Part shown: positions 20,789 through 31,274 of the stretch, piece by piece
Layout: each line of letters starts with the position of its first letter
How positions within the stretch are numbered: the first letter of the stretch is position 1
DNA from: Thermoanaerobaculia bacterium
GTDB lineage: Bacteria; Acidobacteriota; Thermoanaerobaculia; UBA5066
DNA length: 64,000 nucleotides
Reading direction: 5' to 3'
Assembly: GCA_038319835.1 (NCBI GenBank)
Contig: JBBQDQ010000002.1
Span: 2,010-66,009, forward strand
Notes under the pieces: model-generated
Database searches by the model: none
Told to the model about the DNA's origin: nothing
Seen by the model: the letters and a program-made list of their open reading frames with translations, nothing else
Made by a program: the position numbers and the translations under genes

Positions 20789-22003
20789 ATGCGCCTGCCC
20801 CCCCGCTTCGCCGTCGTCGCCGCCCTGTTTCCCTGCGCCGCGCTCCTGGCGGACACGCCCGCCACGACGCAGTGGGTCGTGACGTCGGCGAAAGCAACCG
20901 GCGGCGGCAATCAGTACGTGACGTCGCTCCGCATCGTGAATCCGAATGCCGCGCCCGCGCCCGTCGACCTCACGCTCTTTCCGGCGAGCGACGGTTCGGG
21001 CGACAACGGCACGAACCCCGCGAAGGTCAGCGTCAGCGTTCCCGCCAACTCGACGCTCGCCGTCGACGACGTCCTCGGAACGAAATTCGGGACGACCGGC
21101 GCCGGCGGCCTGCGCGTCGACTCCACGGGCGTCACGCCGCAGGCCGTCTGGGTGCTCTCACAGACGCTCGTCGTAAATGCGGTGAGCTCGACGGGCGTCC
21201 CGGGCACGAACGGGTTCGCAATCCCCGCGCAGAACACGGACCAGCTCGTCGCCCTCGGCGAGACGGCGTACGTCCCGTACATCTCGTCCTCGAACAGCGG
21301 GTCGAGCGGCTACCGGACGAACCTCTTCCTGCTCTCGGCGAACGGCAAGGACTCGACCGTCGTGACGGTCACGCTCCTCAAAGGCGACGGGACCGTCCTC
21401 GGGACGCGCGACGTCACGCTGGCCCGGTACGCCCAGACGCAGATCAACGGCATCGCCGGCCAGTTCGGCTACACGGCCAACGACACGAACCTCACGGCCA
21501 CCGTGAAGGTCAAAAGCGGCGGACCCGTCGCGACCGGCGCCTCGGTCATCGACAACGCGATCGCGTCCATCAGCTACTCGCCCCCGATGAAGGTCGCCCG
21601 CGCGAACAACGGCGCGTATGGCCTCCTCCTGAACGACGGCGGATTCGGGTTCTCCGGACGCCTCGACATCCTCAGCGGGAACGGCGACTACATGACGATG
21701 GCCGTCGTCGTCCCGAACTGTGCGGGCGCCAACTACGTCTTCTACTTCCAGGCGTTCGGGGACTCCGCCGGCACGGGCAAGAACACGAGCTTCGTCGCCC
21801 AGAGCGACGGGTCGATCTCCTTCTCGGGCGCCCAGGCCGACGGATCGTTCAGCGGGACGGTATTCCCGAAGTACGACGGGACCGTCTACGGCAACCTCAA
21901 CTACACGCGGGCCACGGGCTCGAACGGCGCGCCCTGCCCGGGCGTGAGTCTCCTTTCGCCCTACACGTTCACCGGGTCCAAGGCGTTCTCGATCGTTCCG
22001 TGA
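20789..22003 (+). CDS. secreted protein; N-terminal half is the ~245-aa module also repeated in the sedolisin C-terminus
   Basis: 404 aa with a signal peptide. YVTSLRIVNPNAAPAPVDLTLFPA ... YRTNLFLLSANGKDSTVVTVTLL ... ATGASVIDNA parallels YQTELTLTNPSLSSSVAVTLTYTPA ... MRSNLAVADA ... YVAYGVTNDG in 36824-37549. Confidence 0.65.
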   Translation: MRLPPRFAVVAALFPCAALLADTPATTQWVVTSAKATGGGNQYVTSLRIVNPNAAPAPVDLTLFPASDGSGDNGTNPAKVSVSVPANSTLAVDDVLGTKFGTTGAGGLRVDSTGVTPQAVWVLSQTLVVNAVSSTGVPGTNGFAIPAQNTDQLVALGETAYVPYISSSNSGSSGYRTNLFLLSANGKDSTVVTVTLLKGDGTVLGTRDVTLARYAQTQINGIAGQFGYTANDTNLTATVKVKSGGPVATGASVIDNAIASISYSPPMKVARANNGAYGLLLNDGGFGFSGRLDILSGNGDYMTMAVVVPNCAGANYVFYFQAFGDSAGTGKNTSFVAQSDGSISFSGAQADGSFSGTVFPKYDGTVYGNLNYTRATGSNGAPCPGVSLLSPYTFTGSKAFSIVP

Positions 22004-22365
22004 TGCGTTCCTCTCTCCGCGCCGTCCTCGCCGCCGCGGCGATCGCCACCCTCTCCGCCGCGCCGGTGCGCGCGGCCGATCTCTACGGCAAGCCCCTGCG
22101 CGGGCTGACGGCCGTGAGCGGCGCGGCGGTCGTCGCGGCGCCCGAGAAGTACGCCGCGAAGGCCGTGCGCGTCGAGGGGAAGAACGAAGGCCCCGCGGGC
22201 CGGCCCGCGCTCCGGGAGGGCGACGCGATCCTCCCGATCGTGACGGACGGCTCGTACGACCTGCCCGATGGCTTCGCTGGCGGAACGCTCGCCGCCGAGG
22301 GCAAGGCCGAGACCCGCAAAGGCGGTGCCGTGTTCGTGGCTTCAGGCCTCGAAGTCCGGCGATAG
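22003..22365 (+). CDS. small secreted protein (120 aa)
   Basis: ATG 22003 in a TGATG overlap with the upstream stop. Signal peptide MRSSLRAVLAAAAIATLSAAPVRA. Confidence 0.5.
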   Translation: MRSSLRAVLAAAAIATLSAAPVRAADLYGKPLRGLTAVSGAAVVAAPEKYAAKAVRVEGKNEGPAGRPALREGDAILPIVTDGSYDLPDGFAGGTLAAEGKAETRKGGAVFVASGLEVRR

Positions 22366-22375
22366 ACTCGAACGA

Positions 22376-22891
22376 GTGAAGAAGCTCGCACTCTGCGCCG
22401 CCGCGGCCCTCCTCGTCCTCTCGTCCGCCTGCCGCCGAGTCGAGGAGACGCGCTCCCTCAACTTCGACCCCGAGACGACGGCGGGCGCCCTCGGCGCCGG
22501 CTGGGACAGTTTCGAGAGGACGCAGACGGGCGACACGTTCGTCTGGGCCCACGGCAAGGAGGCGCGCGTCCTCGTCCAGAGCCGCGCCGACGGTGACCGT
22601 CTCGTGCGTTTCCGCTGCTGGCCCTTCGGGTTCCCCGGCGGCCCCGGACAGACGGTCACCCTTTACGTGAACGACCGAAAGATCGGCGCCGTGACGCTCG
22701 GCGGCGAGGCGCGCGTCTACACGATCCCGACCCCGAAGGCCGCGTGGAAGCGCGGCGTGAACGAGCTGAAGTTCGCCTTCGCCTATGCCGAGTCCCCGAA
22801 GGACCGTGTCCCCGGCGCCACCGACGAACGCACGCTCGCGGCCGGCTTCGACTGGCTCGAGATCCTTCCGCTCGTCGCCACCAAGAAATAG
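22376..22891 (+). CDS. lipoprotein (171 aa), unknown function
   Basis: GTG 22376. VKKLALCAAAALLVLSSAC is a lipobox signal peptide. Confidence 0.5.
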   Translation: MKKLALCAAAALLVLSSACRRVEETRSLNFDPETTAGALGAGWDSFERTQTGDTFVWAHGKEARVLVQSRADGDRLVRFRCWPFGFPGGPGQTVTLYVNDRKIGAVTLGGEARVYTIPTPKAAWKRGVNELKFAFAYAESPKDRVPGATDERTLAAGFDWLEILPLVATKK

Positions 22892-22898
22892 GCCGCGC

Positions 22899-23306
22899 TC
22901 AGCGGAGCTCTTCCGAAGGGACGTCCGCGTAGGCTCCGCGCAGGGCGTCGAATGCCCTCCGCAGCGCGGCGCCGGCGGCGGAGGGGAGCTCCCGGAAGAC
23001 GTACGTTTCGGTCTTCGTCGAGACGCGCCACTCCGTGCACGGCGCGGCCGCTCCGCCGCGGCAAACGAGGGCGTGCCCCGTGATGCGCCGGGCGGGCAGG
23101 ACGAGGTTCTTCCCGGGGTTCGCGCGGTCCGTCCAGCGCACGAGGTCGTCTCGGAGCTCGAGGGCGCCGGGGTCCCAGCGACTCCGGAAGAGGACGAAAC
23201 CGGGGTTCCGCCGCGCGAGCCCCTCCCAACGAAACGGGGAGGAGGCGTCCTGGGCCGCCGCCAGCGACGCAAGGAGGACGAGCGCCGCAAGCGGCTTCAG
23301 GCCCAT
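22899..23306 (-). CDS. small secreted protein (135 aa)
   Basis: ATG 23306. MGLKPLAALVLLASLAAAQD is a signal peptide. The rest of the 357-aa ORF-track entry is shadow. Confidence 0.5.
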   Translation of the reverse strand: MGLKPLAALVLLASLAAAQDASSPFRWEGLARRNPGFVLFRSRWDPGALELRDDLVRWTDRANPGKNLVLPARRITGHALVCRGGAAAPCTEWRVSTKTETYVFRELPSAAGAALRRAFDALRGAYADVPSEELR

Positions 23307-23336
23307 CGGGGAATTGTAGTGTCCACGTTTCCCGTT

Positions 23337-24023
23337 ATGCTGGACAAGATGAAGCTCGCCCTCCCGGTCCTCGGCCTTCTCGCTGTCGCGGCGGGCCGCG
23401 CCGCGGCCCAGCAGCCGGACCCGCTGACGACGCGTCTGAAGACCTTCACGGACACCCCCATCGCGACCTTTCAGGGCGCCGAATGCGTTTCGATCGCCGC
23501 ACCCAAGGACATCGTCTGGCGCCTCCTCGTCGGGCACGAGACGATCAGCACCTGGCTCCTCGCCGGCGTGTCCGGCGTCGTGCCGCGCCGCGCGTACTAC
23601 GCCAAGGGCCCCACGGCGTCCAAGGGCGACGTCCTCTCGATCGAGGCGACGACGATCGAGGGGCCGCGGCGGATCGACCTGACCGTCATCGCGCTGCAGC
23701 CCGGAGAGGTGCTGGCGTTCCTCATGAAGAGCGACGACGCGGACCTCCTCGACTCGAAGGTCGAGCGGCTCACACTGTCGTTCTTCGTCGACGCCCGGCC
23801 CGACGGGACGACGGACCTCACGTTGGCCTCTCACTACGACTCGGATTCGCCGATCTCGGCGCTCCTGTCGCCCGGGAGCGTGCGGACGCGCCGCACCCGG
23901 CGGCTCTCCGCGCTCCACATGTTCAAGGCGATCGCCGAGGAGGCCGCGCGCCTCCCGTATCCGCCGCTCCACGACGTCCCGACGTCGCCGCAGCCCACGT
24001 CGACGACCCGCAAGCAGAAATAG
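23337..24023 (+). CDS. secreted protein, possibly SRPBCC/START-like fold
   Basis: ATG 23337 (or 23349). Signal peptide KLALPVLGLLAVAAGRAAA. The fold guess is weak. Confidence 0.45.
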   Translation: MLDKMKLALPVLGLLAVAAGRAAAQQPDPLTTRLKTFTDTPIATFQGAECVSIAAPKDIVWRLLVGHETISTWLLAGVSGVVPRRAYYAKGPTASKGDVLSIEATTIEGPRRIDLTVIALQPGEVLAFLMKSDDADLLDSKVERLTLSFFVDARPDGTTDLTLASHYDSDSPISALLSPGSVRTRRTRRLSALHMFKAIAEEAARLPYPPLHDVPTSPQPTSTTRKQK

Positions 24024-24025
24024 AT

Positions 24026-25072
24026 CTACAGAATCACGCCCTTGATCGGGACCTTGACCTCGGCGCGAGCCTTGTCGGTCGTCTTGATCGTGAGGTCGCC
24101 CTCGAAGACGCCCTTCTTGATCTTCTGGTCGACCGTCAGGACGACTTGCACGCGCGACTTGTCGACGGGCACGATCTCGGCCGTGACGCCGGGGATGTTC
24201 GTCTCTGCCTTCGTGACCGAGAAGTTCGCGACGGCCGCGTTGTTGTTCACGAGCATGACGTTCCGCTTCTGGGGATCACCCTTCGGGTCGAAGTTCCCGA
24301 AGTTGATCGAGAGCGGCGTCACGGACACCGCGGGCTTGATGAAGCCGGTGACCTGAAGCTCGATCTCCGGCTGCCGCTTGACGCCCGTCGCGACCTTCAC
24401 GGCGCCGCCGAGCAGGCCCTCGGGCGCGTCGGGAGCCGTCGAGACCGTGACCTTCCACTGGTTCGGGCCGCGATCCTTGACGAGCTCCTTCTCGGGCACG
24501 GGCGTGAGCGCGACGCGCAGGAACGAGTTCGGGGCTTCGGCCTTGGTGGGCTTGAAGTCCGGCTCGTCCGACACGAGAATCACGTCCGCGGACGCGGCCT
24601 CGCCGGAGAGAGCCGTGATACGGAAGAAACCGTAGGGCAGCGCGTCGACGAACGGCTTCACGACGGCCGTCAGGAAGAGGGTCTTCTGCGGCACGGTCGG
24701 ATCGTCCGTGACGAGGAGCGCCGTCTTCGAGATCGGGCCCGAGAAGGCCTTCGTGTCGACCGTGAGGGTGACTTTTCCCTCACCGCCGGGCTTGATGACC
24801 CTGTCGAACTCGGGGACGGTGCAGCCGCAGGACGGCTTGACGTCCGTGATGTGCAGGTCGGCGGTGCCCGTGTTCTTGAGGATGAACACGTGCTTGATCG
24901 GCTCGCCCTTGGCGACCTGGCCGACGTCCTTCTTGTCCTCGACGACCACGAGCTTCGGGCCGGCGGCTTCCGCGGCCTTCGCCTGGGCGACGAGCGGGGC
25001 CGGCAGGACCAGAACGAGCAGCGCGGCCGCCGCGAGCGCGGAGACGAGTCTGGGATAGCGGGGGGGAATCAT
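24026..25072 (-). CDS. DUF1573 domain-containing secreted protein
   Basis: ATG 25072, signal peptide. HVFILKNTGTADLHITDVKPSCGCTV is the DUF1573 signature, followed by further Ig-like beta-rich repeats. Confidence 0.8.
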   Translation of the reverse strand: MIPPRYPRLVSALAAAALLVLVLPAPLVAQAKAAEAAGPKLVVVEDKKDVGQVAKGEPIKHVFILKNTGTADLHITDVKPSCGCTVPEFDRVIKPGGEGKVTLTVDTKAFSGPISKTALLVTDDPTVPQKTLFLTAVVKPFVDALPYGFFRITALSGEAASADVILVSDEPDFKPTKAEAPNSFLRVALTPVPEKELVKDRGPNQWKVTVSTAPDAPEGLLGGAVKVATGVKRQPEIELQVTGFIKPAVSVTPLSINFGNFDPKGDPQKRNVMLVNNNAAVANFSVTKAETNIPGVTAEIVPVDKSRVQVVLTVDQKIKKGVFEGDLTIKTTDKARAEVKVPIKGVIL

Positions 25073-25232
25073 GTCCGGAGCCTCCTTCGGGAACGGGTCC
25101 GGCGACACCGGAACCCCTGAAAAACTCGGAATTCGAGTCTTGCGAGTATACGTGGCGCCGCCGGCGACCCGGCGACACGCCAGCGAGGCGCCGTTTGACG
25201 GCACCCCCCCTCTCTTGCAAACTGCGCGCCCG

Positions 25233-26669
25233 GTGTCGGAAGCCCCTCGCACGTTCCATCTCGTCGCAATCGGTGGAACCGCGATGACTCCCCTGGCCGC
25301 ACTTCTCCTCGCCCGCGGCGAGCGGGTAACGGGTTCGGACGGTCCCCTGTACCCGCCGATGTCGGACCGCCTCGCGGCCCTCGGCATCGGAGTCCTCCCC
25401 GGCTGGGCCGCGGAAAACGTCGGCCCGGACGTCACCGAGGTCGTCGCGGGCAACCTCGCCCGCAAGGACAACCCCGAGATCCTCGCGGCCCTCCGCCGCG
25501 GCCTTCGCGTGCGGTCGATGCCCGAGACGCTGCACGACGAGATCCTCGAGGGACGGCACCCCGTCGTCGTCGCGGGCACGCACGGCAAGACGACGACGAC
25601 CGCGCTCCTCGCCTGGCTCCTCGCCGCGGCGGGCCGCGACCCCGGCTACCTCGTCGGCGGAGAGCCCGCGAACTTCCCGGGCCCGGCGGCGCTGGGCGGG
25701 GGGGCGCCGTTCGTCGTCGAGGGCGACGAGTACTCGACGTCCTACGCCGACAAGGGGCCCAAGTTCCTCCACTACGCGCCGCGGACGTTCGTCCTGACGT
25801 CGGTCGAGTTCGACCACGCGGACCTCTACCCGGACCTCGCCGCCGTGAAGACGGCCTTCCGCGCGGGCGCCGCGCTCGCGCCCGAGGACGGGACGCTCGT
25901 CGCGAACGCCGACGATCCGAACGTCCTCGACGTGATCGCCTCCGCCCGCGCACACGTCCTTCTCTACGGTGTCGCGCCCCGGCCTGCGGGCACGCCCGAC
26001 GTGGACCTCCTCGCCACGGAGATCGCGGAAGGCGCCGAGGGAACGCGCTTCACGGTCCACCGGTCCGGCAAGGAGCCCTACAGCGTCCTGTCGCCGCTCG
26101 CCGGGCGGCACAACGTGTCGAACGTGCTCGCGGCCTTCGGAGCCGCCATCGGCTTCGGCCTCAATCCCGCCCAGCTGACGGGCGGCCTCGCCTCCTTCCG
26201 GGGGGTGATGCGCCGCCTGGAGGTCGTCGGGACCGAAGCGGGCGTCACGGTCGTCGACGACTTCGCGCACCACCCGACCGCGGTCGCCTCGACGATCGCG
26301 GGCGCCAAGCGCCGCTTCCCGGGCCGCCGCGTCTGGGCCGCGTTCGAGCCGCGCTCGATGACGGCGGGACGCGCCGACTTTTTCGAGCCGTACGCCGCGG
26401 CGCTCGCCGGCGCAGACGGCGTCGCCCTCGCCGCGCCGTTCCACGCCGCCCGCCTCGCCCAGCCGGGCGGACCGGGCTCTCTCGACGCAGCCGCGCTCGT
26501 CGCCCGGCTCCGGTCGTCGGGCCTCCCGGCGCTCACGGCCGGGAACCCGGAGCAGCTCCTCGCGGCGCTCGTCCCCGAGCTGCGCGCCGGAGACGTCGTC
26601 CTCGCGATGTCCTCCGGCTCGTTCGACGGCTTTCCCCGGAAGCTCCTCGAGCGGCTGAAGGCGCTCTAG
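25233..26669 (+). CDS. mpl: UDP-N-acetylmuramate:L-Ala-D-Glu-meso-DAP ligase (murein peptide ligase)
   Basis: GTG 25233 (alternative TTG 25215). HLVAIGGTAMTPLA, P-loop GTHGKTTTT, and the FVVEGDEYSTSY / FDHADL Mpl/MurC-type motifs. Confidence 0.82.
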   Translation: MSEAPRTFHLVAIGGTAMTPLAALLLARGERVTGSDGPLYPPMSDRLAALGIGVLPGWAAENVGPDVTEVVAGNLARKDNPEILAALRRGLRVRSMPETLHDEILEGRHPVVVAGTHGKTTTTALLAWLLAAAGRDPGYLVGGEPANFPGPAALGGGAPFVVEGDEYSTSYADKGPKFLHYAPRTFVLTSVEFDHADLYPDLAAVKTAFRAGAALAPEDGTLVANADDPNVLDVIASARAHVLLYGVAPRPAGTPDVDLLATEIAEGAEGTRFTVHRSGKEPYSVLSPLAGRHNVSNVLAAFGAAIGFGLNPAQLTGGLASFRGVMRRLEVVGTEAGVTVVDDFAHHPTAVASTIAGAKRRFPGRRVWAAFEPRSMTAGRADFFEPYAAALAGADGVALAAPFHAARLAQPGGPGSLDAAALVARLRSSGLPALTAGNPEQLLAALVPELRAGDVVLAMSSGSFDGFPRKLLERLKAL

Positions 26670-27433
26670 CTTTCCGCGGCGACGGACGCGGCGAGCGTCC
26701 CGACGCCCGAGATGCGGACTTCGACGCTCTGTCCCGCCGCGAGCGGACCGACGCCTTCGGGCGTGCCCGTGAGGATCACGTCGCCAGGCTCGAGCGTCAT
26801 CGCGGCCGTGATCCAGGCGACGAGCGTCCCGACGTCGAAGATGAAGTCCGACGTCTTCCCGCTCTGCCGGAGGGCGCCGTCCACGAACGTCTCGAGCGCG
26901 AGGTTCGTCGGGTCGACGTCCGTCTCGAGCGCCGGCCCGAGCGGGCAGAAGGTGTCGAAGCCCTTCGCGCGCCACCACTGGCCGTCCGTCTTCTGGAGGT
27001 CGCGCGCCGTGACGTCGAGCGCGCACGTCACGCCGAAGACGACGTCCCTCCACGCGTCCGCCGGGACGCGCCGCGCGCGTCTTCCGATCACGAGCGCGAG
27101 CTCCCCTTCGTAGTCCACCCGCGCGCTCTCCTTCGGGAGCCGGATCGTGCCGCCGTGCGCGATCACGGACGACGGCGGCTTGAAAAAGACAAGCGGCTCT
27201 TTGGGGACCTCGTTGCCGAGCTCGGCGGCGTGCGCCCGGTAGTTCCGGCCGATGCAAAGGATCTTGGTCGGCGCGGCGGGCGGCAGGAGCGCCGCGCTCC
27301 GCCGGTCGACGGAGGCCCCCGTGCGCCGCGGTCCGCCCGGCACCCACGGAGGCGCCGCGAGCGGCGCGATCGTGTCCCCCTCGACGAGCCCCCACGCGGA
27401 GCCGCCGTCCTTCTCGAAACGCACGAACCTCAT
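26666..27433 (-). CDS. fumarylacetoacetate hydrolase (FAH) family protein
   Basis: ATG 27433 (ATGA overlap with the dapF stop). KILCIGRNY, VDYEGELALVIG and GDVILTGTPEGVG motifs. Confidence 0.88.
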   Translation of the reverse strand: MRFVRFEKDGGSAWGLVEGDTIAPLAAPPWVPGGPRRTGASVDRRSAALLPPAAPTKILCIGRNYRAHAAELGNEVPKEPLVFFKPPSSVIAHGGTIRLPKESARVDYEGELALVIGRRARRVPADAWRDVVFGVTCALDVTARDLQKTDGQWWRAKGFDTFCPLGPALETDVDPTNLALETFVDGALRQSGKTSDFIFDVGTLVAWITAAMTLEPGDVILTGTPEGVGPLAAGQSVEVRISGVGTLAASVAAES

Positions 27434-28293
27434 GTCGCCTCCCACTCCTCCGGAGTCAGCGTCCCTTCGAACACGACGCGGGCGTCGCCGGCGAGCGTCA
27501 CGTCCCGCGCGACCTCGCCCGCGAAGCGGAAATCCACGACGAGCGTCTCGCCCGAACGCGTCTCGAGCGCGACGGGCGCGCGCGCGAGCCCGAGCGCGCA
27601 CGCGGTCACCGCCGTCGCGACGACGCCCGATCCGCACGCGAGCGTCTCGGCCTCGACCCCCCGCTCCCACGTCCTCACGAGGAGGCGCGAAGGCGCGACG
27701 ACCCGCGCGACGTTCGCGTTCGCACCCTCGCGCATCTCCGGGTGGCGCCGGAGCGCGGGTCCGAAGCGCGAGAGGTCGAGCGCCGCCAGGTCGACGCCCT
27801 CCGCGGCGAAGGCGACGACGTGCGGAACGCCCACCGCAACGGCGAAGGCGTCCCGCGCGAGCGTTCCCGTCGGGTCGAGCGAGGACACCGTCCGGCCCGC
27901 GGCGACGGGCTCGGGAAGGGAGAGCGTGACCCGCCTCTTCTCGACGTGCGCCTCGACGTCGCCCCAGCCCGTCTTCACGACGAGGCGCTCCGCCGCCATT
28001 CCTCGGAGGACCGCGAAGCGCGCGGCGCAACGCGTCCCGTTGCCGCAGAAGCGGCCCACGGATCCGTCGGCGTTGCGGTAGTCGACGATGACGCGGCCGG
28101 GGCCGTCGGGGTGCACGAAGAGGACGCCGTCGGCTCCGACGCCCGTCCCGCGGCGGCAGAGGCGCCGGATCGCGATGATCTCCGCCGCACCCACCGTCAC
28201 GGGCTCGCCCCAGACGAGGAAGTCGTTTCCGGCGCCGCTCATCTTCGTGAAGCACGGCGGGAGCGTCCCGAACGGCGCGGCCGCGGCCGTCAC
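27430..28293 (-). CDS. dapF: diaminopimelate epimerase
   Basis: GTG 28293 (GTGA overlap). FTKMSGAGNDF and the two catalytic-Cys contexts FCGNGTRC and LACGSG. Confidence 0.88.
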   Translation of the reverse strand: MTAAAAPFGTLPPCFTKMSGAGNDFLVWGEPVTVGAAEIIAIRRLCRRGTGVGADGVLFVHPDGPGRVIVDYRNADGSVGRFCGNGTRCAARFAVLRGMAAERLVVKTGWGDVEAHVEKRRVTLSLPEPVAAGRTVSSLDPTGTLARDAFAVAVGVPHVVAFAAEGVDLAALDLSRFGPALRRHPEMREGANANVARVVAPSRLLVRTWERGVEAETLACGSGVVATAVTACALGLARAPVALETRSGETLVVDFRFAGEVARDVTLAGDARVVFEGTLTPEEWEAT

Positions 28294-29366
28294 TTCGCCG
28301 TCCCCATCGGGCTCTCGTTTCCCGACTTGTCGACCGCCGTCACGGCGTACGCGCGGCCCGCGGCCCCGGCGTCGAACCAGAGCGGGTCCTTCAGGCCGTC
28401 CGCGAGCCGCGTCCGGGACTCCCCGTCGACCCGGTACACCCGGTAGAAGGCGAGGTCCGGGGCGAGCGACGGGTTCCAGACGAGGCGCGTACCCCCCGTC
28501 TCGGCCAGGACGAGGAGCCCCTCGGGCGCGGGCGGCGCGAAGACGTCTTTCGTGGAGACCGCGACGGGATCCGCGGCCGGGCCGAGGACGAGCGGGACTT
28601 CGGCGACGGGCGCCGCCCGGATCGTGTACACGTAGGCGCGGTCCGGCCGCACCGTCGCGTCCACGTACGTCGTCGCGCCGAGCGCGACGCCGAGCGGCTT
28701 GTCGTCGAACTCCTCTTCGGACACGTCGCGCCGGTAGACGGCGTAGCCCGCGACGACCGCGGGCACCGCGCCGTCGAGCATCGCGGTCGGCGGCCACCAG
28801 TCGAGGCAGACGCGGTTCTCCTCGACGATCGGGACGACGCGCAGCGGGCGGTCGGGCGGCACCCGCGGGACGATCGACGTGATCGGCGAAAGCTCGGAGA
28901 CCCGTTTCTTGTCTCGGGTCGCCGTGACGGCGTACCGGAGGAGGACGCGCCCGAGGCGCTTTTCGCGGTAGAGGGGGATCAGCGGGTCGCGGACGACGAG
29001 GTCGGCGCCCACCGTCGCCACGTCGAGATCCCGCGGGGCGAGCTCGGCGATCGTCTCGGCGCGCGCCCGGTAGAGCTTCTCGTCGCGCTCGCGCGCCGCC
29101 GCGTCGGGCGGCGGCGGCGGGGTCTGCTGGCCCTCGCGGATGCTCTGGACCTCGCGCAGGACGGTGACCTTCGTGAGGTTCGTGAGCATCGATCCGGAGT
29201 TCGTGACGGTGGGGTACGGAAAGCGCAGGACGACGTCGGAGCCTTCCTGGTTGATCCGGACCGGTTCCACGCGCGCCGGCAGGACGAGAAGCGGCGCCTC
29301 GGGCGGGAGCTTCCTTCCGCAGCCGGGGAGAAGCGCGAGGGCGAGGAGCGCGAGCGGCCGCTTCAC
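28290..29366 (-). CDS. lipoprotein with Fn3-like repeats
   Basis: [16 protein letters not shown] is a lipobox. Pro-rich linker, then beta-rich repeats ending in ...YAVTAVDKSGNES (Fn3-like). Confidence 0.55.
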   Translation of the reverse strand: MKRPLALLALALLPGCGRKLPPEAPLLVLPARVEPVRINQEGSDVVLRFPYPTVTNSGSMLTNLTKVTVLREVQSIREGQQTPPPPPDAAARERDEKLYRARAETIAELAPRDLDVATVGADLVVRDPLIPLYREKRLGRVLLRYAVTATRDKKRVSELSPITSIVPRVPPDRPLRVVPIVEENRVCLDWWPPTAMLDGAVPAVVAGYAVYRRDVSEEEFDDKPLGVALGATTYVDATVRPDRAYVYTIRAAPVAEVPLVLGPAADPVAVSTKDVFAPPAPEGLLVLAETGGTRLVWNPSLAPDLAFYRVYRVDGESRTRLADGLKDPLWFDAGAAGRAYAVTAVDKSGNESPMGTAK

Positions 29367-30709
29367 AGCACGAAGCGCGACAGGTCGCGGTCGCGGACGA
29401 GGCCCGCGAGGGCGCGGTCGACGTACGCCTTGTCGACGACGACCCGCGCGCCGGCGGCGTCGGGGCCCGCGAAGGAGATCTCCTCGAGGACGGTTTCGAG
29501 GATCGTGTGGAGGCGGCGCGCGCCGATGTTCTCGAGGTTCCGGTTCACCTCGGCGGCGGCCCGCGCGATCTCCCGGAGGCCGTCGTCCGCGAACTCGAGC
29601 GAGATCCCGTCCGCGCCCAGAAGCGCGGCGGACTGCTTCGGGAGCGCGTGCTCGGGCTCCGTCAGGATCCGGAGGAAGTCGTCCTCGGTGAGCGCGTCGA
29701 GGGAGACGCGGATCGGAAAGCGCCCCTGGAGCTCCGGGATGAGGTCCGACGGCTTCGCGACGTGAAACGCGCCCGCCGCGACGAACAGGACGTGGTCCGT
29801 GCGGATCATCCCGTGCTTCGTCTTGACGGTCGTCCCTTCGACGAGCGGCAGGAGGTCCCGCTGGACGCCCTCGCGAGAGACGTCCGGCCCGCCCCGCGCC
29901 CCTTCGCGTCCGGCGATCTTGTCGATCTCGTCGAGAAAGACGATCCCCGTCTCCTCGGCCCTGCGGATCGCCTCCTGCGGGAGCGTGGCCTCGTCGGTGA
30001 GCGCGTCGGCCTCGCGCTCGAGGAGGAGCGGCCGCGCCTCGGACACGGGCAGGCGGACCTTCTTTTTCTTCGGCCCTCCGAAGAGGCCCGGCAGCATGCC
30101 CGGGATGTCGATGCCCATCTCCTCCATGCCCTGCGGGCCCATGACGGAGATCTGGGGCCGCTGGTCGTCCGTGATCTCGAGCTCGACCTCCCGCGCTTCG
30201 TGCTTGCCCTCGTGGAGATCGCGCCGGATCCGCTCGCGCCCGTCCGCGACGACGGATCTGCCGGACGCCTCCGTCGCGAGGGCGGCCGTCAGCAGGTCGA
30301 CGAGACGCTCCTCAGCCGCCGCCGCGGCGCGGTCCGCGACGCGCGCGCGGCGCTCCTCCTTCACGAGCCGGATCGCGGCGTCCACGAGGTCGCGCGCGAT
30401 CGAGTCGACGTCCCGCCCGACGTAGCCGACCTCCGTGAACTTCGACGCCTCGACCTTCACGAACGGGGCGTCCACGAGGCGCGCGAGCCGCCGCGCGATC
30501 TCCGTCTTGCCGACCCCCGTCGGCCCGATCATGAGGATGTTCTTCGGCGTCGTGTCGCGCGCGAGCTCGGCCGGGAGGCGTTGCCGGCGCCAGCGATCGC
30601 GGAGCGCAATCGCGACCGCGCGCTTGGCCTTCGCCTGTCCGACGACGTGACGGTCCAGCTCGGCCACGATCTTGCGCGGCGAGAGGTCCCGGAGGTTGAT
30701 GGGCGTCAC
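29363..30709 (-). CDS. hslU: ATP-dependent protease ATPase subunit HslU
   Basis: 448 aa. [15 protein letters not shown] and Walker [20 protein letters not shown] overlap with the hslV stop. Confidence 0.95.
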   Translation of the reverse strand: MTPINLRDLSPRKIVAELDRHVVGQAKAKRAVAIALRDRWRRQRLPAELARDTTPKNILMIGPTGVGKTEIARRLARLVDAPFVKVEASKFTEVGYVGRDVDSIARDLVDAAIRLVKEERRARVADRAAAAAEERLVDLLTAALATEASGRSVVADGRERIRRDLHEGKHEAREVELEITDDQRPQISVMGPQGMEEMGIDIPGMLPGLFGGPKKKKVRLPVSEARPLLLEREADALTDEATLPQEAIRRAEETGIVFLDEIDKIAGREGARGGPDVSREGVQRDLLPLVEGTTVKTKHGMIRTDHVLFVAAGAFHVAKPSDLIPELQGRFPIRVSLDALTEDDFLRILTEPEHALPKQSAALLGADGISLEFADDGLREIARAAAEVNRNLENIGARRLHTILETVLEEISFAGPDAAGARVVVDKAYVDRALAGLVRDRDLSRFVL

Positions 30710-31248
30710 GGCAGCGTCTCGACCTTGATCGTGTCGTTCGTGTAGATGTCGATCGTGGCGGCGATCGCGAGCGACTCCTTCACGATCGCGGCCGCGTCGA
30801 GGGAGGAGTGCCGGAGCAGCGCCTTGGCGGCGGCCGCGGCGTAGGGCCCGCCGGACCCGACGGCGAGGACGCCTTCGTCCGGCGCGATCACGTCGCCCGT
30901 GCCGGAGAGGAGGAGAGAGGTCTTCGCGTCCGCCACGACGAGGAGGGCCTCGAGCTGGCGGAGCGTCTTCTCCGTGCGCCAGTCCGTCGCGAGCTCGACC
31001 GCCGCGCGCTCGAGCTGGCCGTGAAACTCCTCGAGCTTCTTCTCGAAGCGCGTGAAGAGAGTCACGGCGTCGGCCGTGGACCTCGCGAACCCCGCGAGGA
31101 TCTTCCCGTCGAGGAGGCGCCGGACCTTGGACGCCCCGTGCTTCACGACGGTCGTCCCCATCGTGACCTGCCCGTCGCCGCCGAGGGCGACCGAGGTCCC
31201 ACGCCTCACGCAGAGGATGGTCGTGTGGTGAAAGAGGGGCTGCGCCAC
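30706..31248 (-). CDS. hslV: ATP-dependent protease peptidase subunit HslV
   Basis: 180 aa. N-terminal [10 protein letters not shown] (Thr nucleophile context) and GDGQVTMG. Confidence 0.95.
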   Translation of the reverse strand: MAQPLFHHTTILCVRRGTSVALGGDGQVTMGTTVVKHGASKVRRLLDGKILAGFARSTADAVTLFTRFEKKLEEFHGQLERAAVELATDWRTEKTLRQLEALLVVADAKTSLLLSGTGDVIAPDEGVLAVGSGGPYAAAAAKALLRHSSLDAAAIVKESLAIAATIDIYTNDTIKVETLP

Positions 31249-31274
31249 GCGGAGAGTCTAGCGCCGGGGGGCGG

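Noticed and set aside
26666-26669. Convergent mpl and FAH genes share the palindrome CTAG as stop codon on both strands
   Set aside because: The 4-nt overlap is real, but it is a trivial consequence of TAG being self-overlapping in CTAG. No regulatory meaning is inferred.
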